Source: Spirochaetia bacterium
Lineage (GTDB): Bacteria > Spirochaetota > Spirochaetia > SZUA-6 > Bin103
Direction of reading: 5' to 3'
DNA: 64,000 bases
Assembly (NCBI GenBank): GCA_965203515.1
Contig: OZ241907.1
Span: 1,408,001 to 1,472,000 of the forward strand
Part shown: positions 9,450 through 19,100 of the stretch, in pieces
Position numbering within the stretch: the first letter of the stretch is position 1
Layout: every line of letters starts with the position of its first letter
Program-made: the position numbers and the translations under genes
The notes under the pieces: model-generated
The model's input: the letters and a program-made list of their open reading frames with translations, nothing else
Told to the model about the DNA's origin: nothing
Databases searched by the model: none

Positions 9450-10640
9450 TTACAGGGTTCCTACGATGGCAGCCGCCCTGTCCAGACGTTTCTTTACGTT
9501 AGCCGTGCTGGTGGTACTCACCGAAGATGCCTCGGAAAACTCCTTGTCCTGTTCCAGATCACGAATCCTGTCGGCATCGAGCGAACCGTCTATCGGTCTC
9601 CTTTCCGCTATGGCTCCTTTTCCTGATACGGCAAATACCGCCTCGTAGAGCGCAATGTTGAATCGGTTGTTCCGTTTGTTGCAAAATATGTCTGCAGGCA
9701 GATTTGCGCAAGCAAGGAGAAAGGAACCAAACAGCCTCTCGAGATATTCATTTCTTTCGGCGCTGTTGTTCGTGCACTTCTTGGAGAACAGATTGAGGAA
9801 CCGAACCATCGAGGGAGCATAATTATCGCCGTCTACAAGCATGGCGAACCCTCGGAGCAAGATCTCGATATCCTTCATGTGCAAATCGGGAGCGTCCGAT
9901 CTCAGCAGCTTTCTCCATTGTGGACTCTCGGCATTGATCCGATAGAGCATCCGATAGAAGTCGGAGTGATACATACTCGTTCGGATCTCCTGCGGTTTCA
10001 GGTTGACGCCGCCCGTGTTGAGTCGATTGAACACCTCGAACATCGACGAGTCGTCTCCCGATGGAGCGTTCTGCTTTACCACGATATTTCGTATCGGACG
10101 AAGGTCGAGTTGAGTTTTATAGTTGCCGAGCGTAGCATAGTTCAAGCCCTTGAGCTTGTTCTCTCGATTCGGAAGCGAGCTCGCCAGTCTCAGGTTGAAC
10201 GTCTGAAAGTACTCGTCGTCGTGCAGTACCTGGTCGGGGACAGTACCCTGCTGATCGAAAATGCGGCGAATCTCGTCCCGCCGCTCTTTTCGAGGAAAGC
10301 GCTTCTTGATGAAATAGTAGATCGACATCAGACGTTGCTGACCGTCGATCACGAGAAACCTGTTTCGCTCCTGCTCGTAGAGAAAGAGCTGCGGGACCGG
10401 AAGACCAAGGATCAGCGATTCGATCAACCTGGAAGATCGTCCGATGTCCCACACGAAATTGCGCTGGAATCCGGGAATCCGTACCGAGCCGGAATCCACG
10501 AAGCTGTGGAGGGTCATGACGTTGAAGTCGTTCGGAGAAGCGGAGATGTCGTATTCTTCGATCTGCAGCTCGTCCTTGTCTTCGGCGTCCTTTTCTTCGG
10601 CGTAGTCGTCGTACCAGTCCGACCGGCCATTCTGGTCCAT
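9450..10640 (-). CDS. DUF262 (GmrSD/ParB-like) domain protein
   Basis: IPGFQRNFVW, SRLIESLILGLPVP, VIDGQQRL, FNRLNTGGVNL; AGGAG RBS. Confidence 0.9.
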   Translation of the reverse strand: MDQNGRSDWYDDYAEEKDAEDKDELQIEEYDISASPNDFNVMTLHSFVDSGSVRIPGFQRNFVWDIGRSSRLIESLILGLPVPQLFLYEQERNRFLVIDGQQRLMSIYYFIKKRFPRKERRDEIRRIFDQQGTVPDQVLHDDEYFQTFNLRLASSLPNRENKLKGLNYATLGNYKTQLDLRPIRNIVVKQNAPSGDDSSMFEVFNRLNTGGVNLKPQEIRTSMYHSDFYRMLYRINAESPQWRKLLRSDAPDLHMKDIEILLRGFAMLVDGDNYAPSMVRFLNLFSKKCTNNSAERNEYLERLFGSFLLACANLPADIFCNKRNNRFNIALYEAVFAVSGKGAIAERRPIDGSLDADRIRDLEQDKEFSEASSVSTTSTANVKKRLDRAAAIVGTL

Positions 10641-10896
10641 GCGGCTTCTCCTGTCGGCGACTACCGCGGGTGACGGCGGTTCGCGCTGCTACTCATCAAT
10701 ACAATAGCACGCCATGCGGCGCGAGGGTGCCGCCACGCCGGCGGCCATCCATCGAGCACCGGATGCCGGCAGCCCGCAGTCGCTCGGTGAACACTGGGTT
10801 TCTCGTCTTGATTGTCGCTCGATTCTCATCCTGATTGTCCTGCTACACTCGGGCCACAGGCCGGTGCTGAACGACCGGTGGGGTGGCGGAACTGAG

Positions 10897-11928
10897 TCAG
10901 CTCTCCCGATCTGACGCGTGGATCTGTCGGCGGAGCAACTCGAACGCCTCCTGGTCGAAGCCGGTAGCCTGCTCGATGGTCGACCACCCGACGCCGGCGT
11001 GCAGAAAACTCTCGATCATGGCCACTTGGCCTTCCTGCCGGCCTTCCTGCCGGCCTTCCTGCCGGCCTTCCTGCCGGCCTTCCTGCCGGCCTTTCAGCAC
11101 GCCTTCCCGGATGCCTTCCAGACGACCTTCCTGGATCAGCTGCTCCCCATACGTATTCATATCTCCTCCTGGTCCCCGTACTTCCCGCCGCAGCGCCGCG
11201 CCGAACTCCCGCAACGTCTCCTCGTCCTGAGTGCGGAGCACGTACAACACCACCACCGCGAACCGTTCGCTCTGTCCCGCCCGGTCCAACTCTCCCATGA
11301 GCCGCACCGCCGTCTCCAGCGCCTCCCTCATCTCGCGGCGCGCCGCCGCCATCAGCGCAAGCTGCGCCAACCGGCCCAACGGTTCGCCCCGTACCGCTCC
11401 TACGTCCGTCTGCGACTGGTCCACCAGCAGGTGCGTGAACTGCGGCGTCCAGGGCCACTCCCTGACCGGTTTCGCAAACAAGTCGCTGAACTGGGTCGCA
11501 TGGCGCCAGCGGGACGCGCCCTGATAGAACACCAGCGGCACGATCGCCGGCAAGTCAGGCGTCTCCTCCGCTTCGTCAGAGCGCAAGAAATCATCCCAGA
11601 TGCGGCAGCAGTACTTCAGCAGCCGGAATCGCATCCACCGATCCGGCCGCGATTGGTGCTCGAACAGCAGATAGAGCCGCAGCGAACGCGGCTCGTCACC
11701 CGGCTCCGCGACGCCTGGGCGCTGCTCGACCGCGTACAGCAGGTCGGACTCGCTGGCGCGCAGATCGTCGTCCACGAAGCTGTCGTTCATCAGCGTCAGG
11801 CTGGACCAGTTCAGCGTATCGGCGAGCCACGACGGCACGTGGGCGCGCAGCAAGCCGGCCGCTTCGGCAGGCTCGGAGAACACCTTGCGAAACAGACGGT
11901 CATGCGGCTGGTGCATGTCGCGCGTCAT
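10897..11928 (-). CDS. Rpn family recombination-promoting nuclease / YhgA-like putative transposase
   Basis: PHDRLFRKVF, SFVDDDLR...SDLLY, YLLFEHQS..DRWMRFRLLKY, IVPLVFYQG...W, C-terminal (EGRQ)n. Start may be 11916 or 11928. Confidence 0.9.
   Translation of the reverse strand: MTRDMHQPHDRLFRKVFSEPAEAAGLLRAHVPSWLADTLNWSSLTLMNDSFVDDDLRASESDLLYAVEQRPGVAEPGDEPRSLRLYLLFEHQSRPDRWMRFRLLKYCCRIWDDFLRSDEAEETPDLPAIVPLVFYQGASRWRHATQFSDLFAKPVREWPWTPQFTHLLVDQSQTDVGAVRGEPLGRLAQLALMAAARREMREALETAVRLMGELDRAGQSERFAVVVLYVLRTQDEETLREFGAALRREVRGPGGDMNTYGEQLIQEGRLEGIREGVLKGRQEGRQEGRQEGRQEGRQEGQVAMIESFLHAGVGWSTIEQATGFDQEAFELLRRQIHASDRES
11028..11087 (+). repeat. Perfect 12-bp tandem repeat x5 (GGCCTTCCTGCC), in-frame in the Rpn gene
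   Basis: Read directly from the sequence; encodes GRQE repeats on the minus strand. Confidence 0.95.
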
Positions 11929-11985
11929 GCGTGGTGCCGCGCAGCATAGCATTGATCGAACGGCATCGAATGCCCCGGCGCCATC

Positions 11986-14900
11986 CTAAGACTCTTCATA
12001 CAACAGCAGGCCCTGCTGCGGCGCGAAGGAGTGGCCGCGGAGGTGGTTCTGGATCGACTCCAGGAGGGCGCGTTCTTCCGAGCCGGCTTCGGCCAGCTCG
12101 ATTAGCGCCTGCACCACGCGGGCGAACAGTTCGTGGCGCCAGAGGCCGCGCGCGTCCAGGTAGCCGTTCACGCGGCTCAACTCGCCGGTCTTCCAGAGTT
12201 GCATCAGCTTGTGCACCCGGTCGATCAGCGGCGGCGCGGCGCCGTCGGCCGCCGGCTCGCCCAGGTCGCGGGCGCGGCGGCGGTGCCACGGCTTGAGCCG
12301 GGCCTCGCCGCCGGAGACGGCGATCGCTTCTTCTTCGTCGCCGGCGCCAGCCTGCGCCGCTCCCGCGCCGCGGACCAGGAGGTCGAGGCGGCCGGCGAGG
12401 GTCGCATCTGACAGGTTGCACGACAGCGCGTACAGAATGCAGGCGCCGGCCTGCGCCGCGCCGAGTCCGAAGTCGTTGCGGTGCAGCAGGTAATAGGTGG
12501 TCGGATCGTCCAGCTCGTCGGCCGCCCCGCCTTCCTGCCGCAGCAGGCGGCTCACCACGAAGCCGACCACCATGCGCCGCACGTGGCGCAGGAACTGGGC
12601 GACCGTCAAGCGCTCGCCCGGCCGGTCGGCCATCTTGACCACCGGATGGCGGCTGAACGCCTCCAGCGCCGGCCCGGTGGCCGCCCACACGAAGTCCGGC
12701 CCGCGGATGCCGGCGTCCCAGAAGTCCCGCAGCCGTTCGGTGACGAGCTCCTGCATCTCGTCCAGCACCGGCCCGTCCCAGCCCGGCCTGGTGGCCGCCG
12801 GACGCTTCCGGCACACCAGCCAGATCGACGAGGCCAGCCGCGCGCCGCCGGCGACCTTGCTTTCCCGCTCGGTCTGAATCGGCCAAGATGCGTCGACCAC
12901 GAAGCCGGCGCGGATCAGCGCCGAGACCAGCGTCTCCCAGGCTGACGGCTGCTTGTTGGCGAACACGACCACCAGCCGACCGTCCTCGCGCAGCGCTTCA
13001 TGGCAACGGCGCAAGGTGCGCGACATGCCGTGCTCGTAGGCGGCTCTCGATGCAGCCCCGTCCGCGTCGAACCGGCTCGGCTGATCGACCAGTTCGCCGT
13101 CGTTCGCGTCCCGGTCCCACTTCGGACCGAGCGGCGCGGCGAATGCGGCGTCGGTTTCGGGTGAGATTCCGTGGACGGTGCGCCGCAGCCAGACGTAGAA
13201 GAAGTCCATCAGGTCCGAGTAGGGAATCGCGTCGTAGTAGGGAGGGTCGGTGCAGATCAGGTCGAAGCGTTCGTCGAGCGTTGCGGTAGCGGTCCGGTGC
13301 GCGACCCGGGGAGTCGGGGCTCCTGCCGCGGCTTCGCTCGTGTACTCGAAGACGCGGGCGACCCACTCGACCGCCTGGATGAAGCCGCCGGTGGTATCGA
13401 CCAGCGGGCAGGACTCGGCGAAGTCCCAAACCATGGGCAGCGCGAAGCGCGCGAAGGCGTGGCTCACCTGTTCCGCGCCACTGGTCCAGGTAGCCAAGGC
13501 GCAGCAGCGATCTGCCAAGCGGCTGATCGTTGGCGCCAGATTGGCAGTCAACGCTTCACGCCACTCCTGCGGATAGGCGTTTCCGGAACTGGCCATATCC
13601 TCGAAGCAGCGGCGTATCTCCCGAACGAATACGCCCAGCGCCAGGAGTTGCCGGTCGGTAAAGATCGTGCGCCACGTGTCGAAGCCGTAGCGCGGCAGCC
13701 CCGAGGCGCCCCGTGAGTTCGGCGACGGCCGCTCCGCTACGATCGCCTCGTCCGGGAGGCCGAACGGGAGGTCGGCGTACAGCGCTGCGAGCGCTTCGCG
13801 GCTGACGCGCGCCGCCTCGATCTCCGCCTCGGTCGGCAGGCGGTACTCCTTGCCCTGCTGGCCGTCCACCACCACGGCGGTCATGCGCTCGCCCATCCGG
13901 CCCGCGCGCGCCTCGACGCGCATGTCCTCCATCGTGCTGATGTCGCCGCAGCACGGACAGGTCGCGCCGCTGCGGTGCATGGTGCCGGCGCCGTCGTCCC
14001 CAGGAACGTCCCCGGCGGCGGCGACGCCGAACGTGACTCCGGCGCCGTCGGCCCGCGGCGCCATCGTCAGCAGCACGCGCTTGTTCGCCTTCCGGCACAG
14101 CCAACGCGTCTTCAAGAGCGGAATCTCCGCCCGGCAGCCCCGGCAGCGGATCGTGCGCGCCCACAGATACGCCACCGCCGGCTTGGCCACCCAGCGCGGG
14201 TTCGCTTCGTCTTCCAGATAGTACTCGTCGAACTCCGCGTTGAGCGCCGCCGCCGACACCCGTCCGTCCCGGTCCGGTTCCAGCAGCCGCGGCGGCCGCG
14301 GCCGGTAGCGCGCCGTGCGCTGCAGCGCGTTCCTCCCCGCGCCCTTGCGCCGCGCCGGCTCGAACTCCGCGTACGTCGGGTAGCGCGCGGCCAGCTCCCG
14401 CCGCGCCCGGTCCAGCACCCGCTGCCCCCACGCCCGCAGATGCCACGCCGCGTCCGCCTCCGCCACCGGCGGCGAGCGCATCGACGTAAACTCCGTCTCG
14501 TCGGTCTGACCGTGCCCGTAGCGGGCCAACTCCTGCCGTATCCGGCGCTGGTTCGTGATTCCCAGCGCCTTCGTCACGAATGCCGCCGCGAACGACCGAT
14601 CTTCCAACGCGAACGCGGGCAGCGGTCTCGTCCGGCCGGCCAGCAGCCGCGGGTAATGCAGCGTGCAGCGCAGGATGAACCACGCCACCGGGTTGATGTC
14701 CGCGGCGACCGCCTCGCAGCCCAGCCGCATCGCCTCCAGCGGAATCGCCCCGCCGCCGGCGAACGGATCAAGCACCCGCGGCGCCCGTCCGCCAAACGCC
14801 TGCCGAATCTCCCGCCGGAACGCGGCCAGCTCGCCTTCGTGCTCCGGCTCTTGCTCGCGGCCCCAGTGCAGGATGCCGCCGTGGGTCTCCTCCCGCCTCC

Positions 14901-15147
14901 CGTTGCCGTCCGGCCGCTCCACCACGGCCCCGGCCATGCGCTGCAACAACTCGCGGCGCGCGTCCCGGCTCCCCGGATCGGGCAGCAGCGTGGCCAACAG
15001 CGCCGCCCGACTCGCCGCCAACGGCCGCCGCGCCGGCCAGATGTGCAGCGTCGAGATATGCCCGTGGCGCACGTTCTTCTCATGCACCGAATCGAGCGAC
15101 ACCTGCTTCAGCGGAAACGCCGCCTCGATCAACCGCCTATCAGCCAT
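11986..15147 (-). CDS. DUF1156 domain adenine-specific DNA methyltransferase with Zn ribbon
   Basis: LIEAAFPL..S..EK..RHGHISTLHIWPARRPLAASRA, motif I DPFAGGGAIP, CRGC/CPCC, motif IV TDPPYY. Confidence 0.92.
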   Translation of the reverse strand: MADRRLIEAAFPLKQVSLDSVHEKNVRHGHISTLHIWPARRPLAASRAALLATLLPDPGSRDARRELLQRMAGAVVERPDGNGRREETHGGILHWGREQEPEHEGELAAFRREIRQAFGGRAPRVLDPFAGGGAIPLEAMRLGCEAVAADINPVAWFILRCTLHYPRLLAGRTRPLPAFALEDRSFAAAFVTKALGITNQRRIRQELARYGHGQTDETEFTSMRSPPVAEADAAWHLRAWGQRVLDRARRELAARYPTYAEFEPARRKGAGRNALQRTARYRPRPPRLLEPDRDGRVSAAALNAEFDEYYLEDEANPRWVAKPAVAYLWARTIRCRGCRAEIPLLKTRWLCRKANKRVLLTMAPRADGAGVTFGVAAAGDVPGDDGAGTMHRSGATCPCCGDISTMEDMRVEARAGRMGERMTAVVVDGQQGKEYRLPTEAEIEAARVSREALAALYADLPFGLPDEAIVAERPSPNSRGASGLPRYGFDTWRTIFTDRQLLALGVFVREIRRCFEDMASSGNAYPQEWREALTANLAPTISRLADRCCALATWTSGAEQVSHAFARFALPMVWDFAESCPLVDTTGGFIQAVEWVARVFEYTSEAAAGAPTPRVAHRTATATLDERFDLICTDPPYYDAIPYSDLMDFFYVWLRRTVHGISPETDAAFAAPLGPKWDRDANDGELVDQPSRFDADGAASRAAYEHGMSRTLRRCHEALREDGRLVVVFANKQPSAWETLVSALIRAGFVVDASWPIQTERESKVAGGARLASSIWLVCRKRPAATRPGWDGPVLDEMQELVTERLRDFWDAGIRGPDFVWAATGPALEAFSRHPVVKMADRPGERLTVAQFLRHVRRMVVGFVVSRLLRQEGGAADELDDPTTYYLLHRNDFGLGAAQAGACILYALSCNLSDATLAGRLDLLVRGAGAAQAGAGDEEEAIAVSGGEARLKPWHRRRARDLGEPAADGAAPPLIDRVHKLMQLWKTGELSRVNGYLDARGLWRHELFARVVQALIELAEAGSEERALLESIQNHLRGHSFAPQQGLLLYEES

Positions 15148-15220
15148 CCCGCTCCAAAAAGTTCCTGATAGTGATTATTGGCAACGCTACACCTCATCGC
15201 TATCGCTCGAACCGCGAACA

Positions 15221-16159
15221 TCATCGCGGCGCCACCAAGGCCGCCAAGCTACGCTCATGCTGGTCGAAGAAGCCATCGGGCCAGAAGTCGAGTCGACCAT
15301 CCTCGCTAATGGCAGGCGTCTCTACCTCGATACTCAGTTCCTTCCGTCGAAAGTAGTGAAATGTGGTCCGGTCCGGGGCGATGATGGCGTTGCGGACCGC
15401 CAAGCGGATGCCGTCGAGGATGTGATCACCGTGCGTTTCCAGGATGACCTGCGCGCCGGCGGTCGCAGCCCGTGCCGCAAGCTCGGCCAGCCTGCTCTGC
15501 CCCGCCGGGTGCAGATGCGCTTCGGGATGCTCGATCATCACGAGATCGTCGTTCCGGGCCGACAGCAGAGCGACGATTACCGGCAGAGCGTAACTCAACC
15601 CGAACGAGAAGCCGGCCTGCGTCCGATCGTCCGGCAACCCGTACATTCTGACCTCGGCGCCCGGACTGATCACGCCGAGCCACGCGTTCACCTGTTCCCA
15701 TAGCTGCGATTCGTGTTCCTGATCGGGAAACGGCAACGTCTTCTGCGGGCCCAGTCTTTCAGCGCCGAGATAGAACAGGGAAGGCCGGTACAGCGAAGCG
15801 CCGGATGCTCCGGGAAACCCCGTGCTGTCGATCATCTCCGCATCCCCGGTACCGGTTCCGCCCACTTCGATACGGACGGAACCGGAAGACTGAAACACGG
15901 CCTCCAATACGATCCTGTCCTGTTTCGAACCGGCATGGAGCGCGTCGTCGAAAGAGCCCGGATCGACGAGGCTGCCGCGCCAACGCAACGACTCCGGTCT
16001 GCCATCCTTGCCCAATCCGGTTTGCCGCAACAGCAGCAACGACTGGATGACCGCGCTCTTACCCGTTCCGTTCAAGCCGGCCAGGACGTTGAGCCCCGTA
16101 AGCTGAATCGACCGTTCCTCGAAGCACTTGAAGTTACGCATTCGCACCGTATCGATCAT
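15221..16159 (-). CDS. DUF3696-containing ABC-type ATPase (AAA_15/AAA_21), apparently internally deleted
   Basis: NFKCF, GLNGTGKS, LLLRQT, AERLGP, GLSYALP, IEHPEAHLHP, ETHGDH, WPDGFFDQ; short at 312 aa. Confidence 0.82.
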   Translation of the reverse strand: MIDTVRMRNFKCFEERSIQLTGLNVLAGLNGTGKSAVIQSLLLLRQTGLGKDGRPESLRWRGSLVDPGSFDDALHAGSKQDRIVLEAVFQSSGSVRIEVGGTGTGDAEMIDSTGFPGASGASLYRPSLFYLGAERLGPQKTLPFPDQEHESQLWEQVNAWLGVISPGAEVRMYGLPDDRTQAGFSFGLSYALPVIVALLSARNDDLVMIEHPEAHLHPAGQSRLAELAARAATAGAQVILETHGDHILDGIRLAVRNAIIAPDRTTFHYFRRKELSIEVETPAISEDGRLDFWPDGFFDQHERSLAALVAPR

Positions 16160-16174
16160 GTTACAGAGGCCGCT

Positions 16175-19100
16175 TCATTGCGGCTCGGCGGCGCCGAGCA
16201 CCGACGCGGCGGAGATGGTGTAGACCGCTGACTCGCGGGTGCGGGCGAGCAGCTTGGCGAATGGATCGCGTACCCGCACCAGGCGCGGGCGGGGCGTCGC
16301 GCAGTCGAAGACGACGTATAGCCAGTAGCTGCCGCCCAGGTGGCACGCCTGCTTCCATTCGTTGGCCTCCATCGCAATCGCGCCCTGTCCGGCGCGGCCC
16401 TTCACCTCGATGTTACGCACTTCGCCCGGATGCCGCGAGAGCAGATCGAAGCCCGGCCAGTCGGGCAGCCCGGCGGCCCGCGCGCGCTCCGGCTTGGAGA
16501 CGTCGCTCACCCGCCCGCCCCGTTCCCGCTCCCATGCCGCGGCGATGCCGACGGCGATCTCCTCGACGCGCTCGTCGTAGCGCTCCACCTCGTCCGGGTC
16601 GGCGGCGGGTACCGCCAGGGCGTGGACCAGGAAGCGCACCCCGCCCGGGACGATCCGTTCGGCCGCGCCGTCGAGCCGCGCCAGGGACTGCTCCTGCTCC
16701 GCGGCGATCATGCGCTGCTCCCGCTTGACCTCGACCAGCGAGTCCTCCGCCGCGGCCCGGCCGCCGCGCTCGGACAACCGCACGCGGCGCTCCGCCAGCT
16801 CGGCCGCGCGGAGCGAGAATCCGACCCTGGTCCGCCGCCGCCGCTCCGGCAACTCGGCGCGCGCGGCGTCCCGATGCTCCGCCACCAGCCGCTCCAGCAC
16901 CGTCCGCTCGGCGTACTGCGCCGCCTCGGCGCGCAGGGCCACGCCGCGGCCGGCCAGCGCCACCGCGCCGGGGGAGACCTCGGGTGCGCCGCGCAGCAGG
17001 AGCAGCTGCTCGACGTCGCACTCGACCGGCGCACCGTCGGCGCCGCAGCGCACGCCCACCAGACGGCGTTCGAGGACCCGGCGCCCGTCCCGATCCCCGT
17101 GCGCTGCCTGCTCCACCGACGCCTCCAGGAGATGGAACAGGTAGGGAGCGTCCGCCCGCGGGTCGGCGAAGATCGCGCCGCGCTGCGCGTCGCGGCCATG
17201 CGCCGCCACGATCCGGCCGGCCAGCGCGTCGAAGACCGGCTCGCCGGGGTGCAGCCAGATACCGTCCGCGTCCGCCGCGGGCCGGCGCACGCACAGTCGC
17301 TGCCGCGCCGCCGCCGGATAGGTTTCCAGCGCCGGAAGCAGCCGGTCGAGCGCGCCCGGACGGCGCGGCGCGAGCGCGAAGAACGCATCCAGGTCTCCAT
17401 GGACGTCGAGGTCGAGCAGCCGGCCCGCCTTCTCCACGAGACGCCGCACGTAACCGGGCAGGAGATGGAGATAGCGCTCGCGTTCCACGTCGGCCCGCAC
17501 CGCGCCGAGCCGTTCGGCCCCCTCCTGCGCAACGCCGTAGACGGTCCGCTCGCGGTCGCCGATGTCCCGCACCCGATCGGCGGTGACCGCGCCCTCGATC
17601 CGGTCGACGACGCCGTCGGCGTCGGCCAGCGCCGCGATCAGGTACTCGCGCAGCGAAGCGTTCTCGAACAGCCGGCCGATCACGTCGAACACCTTGTCGG
17701 AGTCGAGGTCGCGCCGGATGGCGTCGAGCTTGTCGAGCAGGACCGCGAGCACCCGCCCCTCGCGGGTCTTGCCGGCGATCAGGTTCACGATGCGCACGTC
17801 GTGCCGCTGGCCGTACCGGTGGATGCGGCCCATGCGCTGCTCCAGCCGCGCCGGGTTCCAGGGAATGTCGTAATTCACCATCAGCCGGCAGAACTGCAGG
17901 TTGATGCCCTCGCCGGCGGCGTCGGTGGCGATCAGATAGCGGGCGCCGGCCGGCCGCCGAAAGCGCTCCACCTGCTCCTCGCGCTCCGGCCAGGACATGC
18001 CGCCGTGGAGCTGCGCGATCCGCCCCGAGAAGCCGAGCCCCTCCAGGCGGCGGGTCAGGTAATCGACCGTATCGCGGTGCTCGCTGAAGATCAGCCACTT
18101 CTCGTCCGCGTAGCGGCGGTCTTCAAGCATCTCGCGCAGCTTCTCGAACTTGGACTCGTCCCCGGCCTCGACCAGCCGCCGGGCGCGCGCGCTCAGCTCC
18201 TCCAGCCGGCCGATCTCCCGCCGCACCTCCTCGACCGTCACCGCGGTCATAGCGCCGAGCACCGCGTCTTCGTAGGCTTCGCCGCGCTCGCCCAGGCCGT
18301 CGCCGCCGGCGTCGTCATCCGCGCCGTGCGTGTCGAAGAAATCGGCGCGAAACTCGCGGTCGAGGCCGCGCTGCCGCCGTTGCAGGTCCGCGGCCCGAAG
18401 CCGGCCTGACTGCAGGTCGTCGATGGTCCGCGCCAGTTTCTCGATCCGGCGTTCCAGGGAGCGCAACAGCGCCCAGGTCGAGCTGGCCAGCCGGCGCTGG
18501 AACACGCTCATCGCCAGCCGCACCGCCGGCCGGTTGCTCAAGGCGCGGCCGTAGGTGTCGGTCAGGTAGGCGGTGGTGCGGTCGTAGAGCGCCTGCTCGC
18601 CGTCCGGCCCGCCGCTCAGGTCGTAGCTGAAGGTGTCGCAGGTGCGCTTCCGGTAGAGCGGGCCGCCGTCCAGGCCGACCAGCTCCTCCTTGGTGCGGCG
18701 GATGAAGTGGCGGTGGCGCCGTTCCGGCGGGAAGCGGCGGAACGCTTCGCCGGTGGCAAAGACCTGCGGGTCGAGCAGTCTCCAGAGATGGTGATAGGGC
18801 GAGTCCTTGCCCATGTGCGGCGTTGCCGTGAGCAGCAGCAGGTGCCGCGCCGCCCAGCCCAGGCCGGCGAATCGGCCATCGGCAGCCGTGCAGCCGGCCA
18901 GCGCCTCGGCCAGCTCGTAGCGCCGCCGCTTGCGGATGCGGCCGCCCTCGGCGGTGGCGCTCAGCTTGTGCGCCTCGTCGAAGACCACCAGGTCGTAGGG
19001 GGCAACGGCCGGTTCGCGCAGCGCCGTGAACGCCCGCTCGCCGGTCAGGGTGTCGAGCGACACGATGGCACGGTCGCCGTCCGGCCCCCGGAACGGGTTC

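Noticed and set aside
11028..11087. Phase-variable repeat in Rpn
   Set aside because: The 12-bp unit is frame-neutral and EGRQ-type repeats are a normal feature of Rpn/YhgA C-termini.
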